Position numbers and translations under genes: made by a program. Below the pieces are notes generated by a model, which saw only the letters and a list, made by a program, of their open reading frames with translations, ran no database searches and had not been told where the DNA came from. Shown one piece after another: positions 62,086-64,000 of a DNA stretch of 64,000 bases (its first letter is position 1; each line of letters begins with the position of its first letter). Source of the DNA: Asterias rubens (lineage: Eukaryota); the NCBI RefSeq assembly GCF_902459465.1, contig NC_047064.1, positions 7,750,001 to 7,814,000 of the forward strand. The letters run 5' to 3'.

Positions 62086-62466
62086 TTAAAGACAGTGAAC
62101 ACTGTTGGTAATTGTCAAAGACCAACTTCTTCTCACTTGGTGTATCTCAACATATGCATAAAATAACAAGCCTGTGAAAATTTGGGCCCAATCGGTCATC
62201 GAAGTTGTGAGAAAATGATTTGGAGACAAAACACCCTTGTTGGACGAATTTGTGTGCTTTCAGAGAGGAATAAAAGACTTAACTAGCAAGAAGTCTTTTA
62301 TTATTTTAGTGAGAAATTACCTCTTTCTCAAAAACTACATTACTTCAGAGGGAGTGGTTTCCCACAATGTTTTATAATATCAAGAGCTCTCCAATGCTCG
62401 TTACCAAGTTAGTTTTTAAGTTAATATTTGTTTTGAGTAAATACCAAAAGTGTACCTTCCCTTTAA
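62086..62466 (-). mobile_element. Kolobok-like MITE, family A
   Basis: Reverse-orientation full copy, ttaaagacagtgaacactgttggtaattg ... ccctttaa. A partial copy follows at about 62615-62712; other fragments lie at about 32372-32520 and 39780-39927. Confidence 0.85.
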
Positions 62467-63675
62467 CCTTAACATATATATTGAGAAGGCTAGGCTGTTT
62501 GCAAACCAAAGCACATTTGCAGGACAAAATAGTCTGTATGCTGTTTGGTATAATCAAGAGCAGTAGGCTTATTCAGTACTCAACTGCTGAAGCTCAGTAC
62601 ATGAGAAACATTGGCATCTAAAAGCACACAAATTTGTGCAATGAGGGTGTTTTTTTTTTCTGTCATTATTATCTTGCAACATCGATGACCAATTGAGTAA
62701 AAATTTTCACAGATGGTGGTATGGTGCTAGAAATGAATCAGCAGAAGCCAGAAGCCAAAGTCAAAGCCAATTGAATCTCGATTCAAGCATATATGGGGGA
62801 AAGAGTTTGGTGAACTCGCTCTGAGATAAAAACAAAGAAGGCAATTTCGATCATCAGAGTAGCATTCAAGAGCACTCAGTTCAAACACCATCGCAAGGTC
62901 CTTCCAATATTAGTATTGATTCTCGTGGTTTGATTGTCCCCACTAAAAATTCCCCATCCACACGCCACGTTCAAAATTGCCAAGAAATATACCCAATGGA
63001 CCATGCACATCAGACACAAGAAATATTACCATCCGAGGACACGTCCATTACAAGTCAGCGCACAATGCCGCCAGTATTGGCTGCGTAGACAATGAAGAGT
63101 TATATCTGACTAATGAGCCATGGGGCTGAATTTGTAAGTCCGCTTCCCCCTCTAAACCACGGAGAGAGGTTTCTTTTCTCTTTGCTACGCTTTAATTGTA
63201 GAGGCCCTCTGGTGCCAGAGAACCTGGTAACTATAAATGCCGACCTGGTATCGCTGGCTACGCAATGTCTGGGTCCGCATGGGAGACGGTCGATTGAACA
63301 ACACAAGACAAGTTTCCCTGGGAGATTCCAACATGTTTATGGGCAATTAGTTACAAATTAGCGAAACAAAATTGGTGCCAGGGAAAATGTTTTCTCTTGT
63401 CAGTCTGTTGTAATATTTTCGCCAATATTATTTCTCTGTGTGTGTTTACCGCAAACAAGAGGCAGCAGACTGGGGTAGACTTATTGATGGGGGGGGGGGG
63501 GGGGGGTGAAATGAATCATCTATTTCCTAGCCATGCGAGCCTAATCCTCTAAACAGAAACTCAATGGTGACGTATTACTTTTTATTTTTATTATTATTTT
63601 TCACTTACACGTATCTAGCATGTACATGTTGCATCTTAGTGATCGACATCCTCCAAATCATACATTGCATCTAAA

Positions 63676-63908
63676 GCCCTTTTCACACGACAGCAACTTA
63701 GCAGGGGTCCCTTGCTTAATTTGAGCAAAATTTCGCTTTGTGTGACACAGCAATGTTTGGACTGTCTCTGGTGAAATCTTCTCAAATTTGCCATCCTTTA
63801 TGGAAACACAATTTTGTCCTTTCATACGGGGTGCATTTTGTAAACATTTAACGACCATGCTACCATTTAGCAAGGGACCCTTGCTAAATTGCTATTGTGT
63901 GAAAGGGA
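63676..63908. mobile_element. MITE with about 35-bp TIRs
   Basis: gcccttttcacacgacagcaacttagcaggggtccc / gggacccttgctaaattgctattgtgtgaaaggg. Confidence 0.8.
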
Positions 63909-64000
63909 CACAAAATGTATCAGTTGCTAATCAAAAATCATCATTTGCTGCTCAAAGTAAGCTATCAGTCAGTGTACAAAACATGTTCAGGTGGTCAGGT

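Noticed and set aside
861-63873. Remaining 60-160 aa ORFs of the six-frame track
   Set aside because: No recognisable domains; many overlap MITEs, microsatellites or low complexity; this length range is expected by chance.

Overview
Eukaryotic genomic DNA (AT-rich, intron- and MITE-laden). The repeat families look like those of an asteroid echinoderm (sea star); this is inference from recalled repeat style, not a database result. One protein-coding feature is well supported: the terminal, MH2-encoding exon of an inhibitory Smad (Smad6/7) on the + strand at 20098-20642. I could not find its upstream exons, so 1-20097 is probably intron. An approximately 2 kb 3' UTR follows, and then about 41 kb with no convincing coding exon. 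That stretch is filled with non-autonomous DNA transposons (TTAA-flanked Kolobok-like MITEs, CWG-flanked Harbinger-like MITEs, foldback elements, several of them nested or chained), a tRNA-Leu-derived SINE and minisatellites. It also holds many short CpG-rich islands carrying Smad-type motifs, including one perfect BMP activating-element match. The best candidate for a system is a distributed BMP/Smad feedback regulatory landscape around the I-Smad, partly built from repeats. That is a motif-based hypothesis, not a demonstrated finding. Nearly all other ORFs in the supplied track look spurious.
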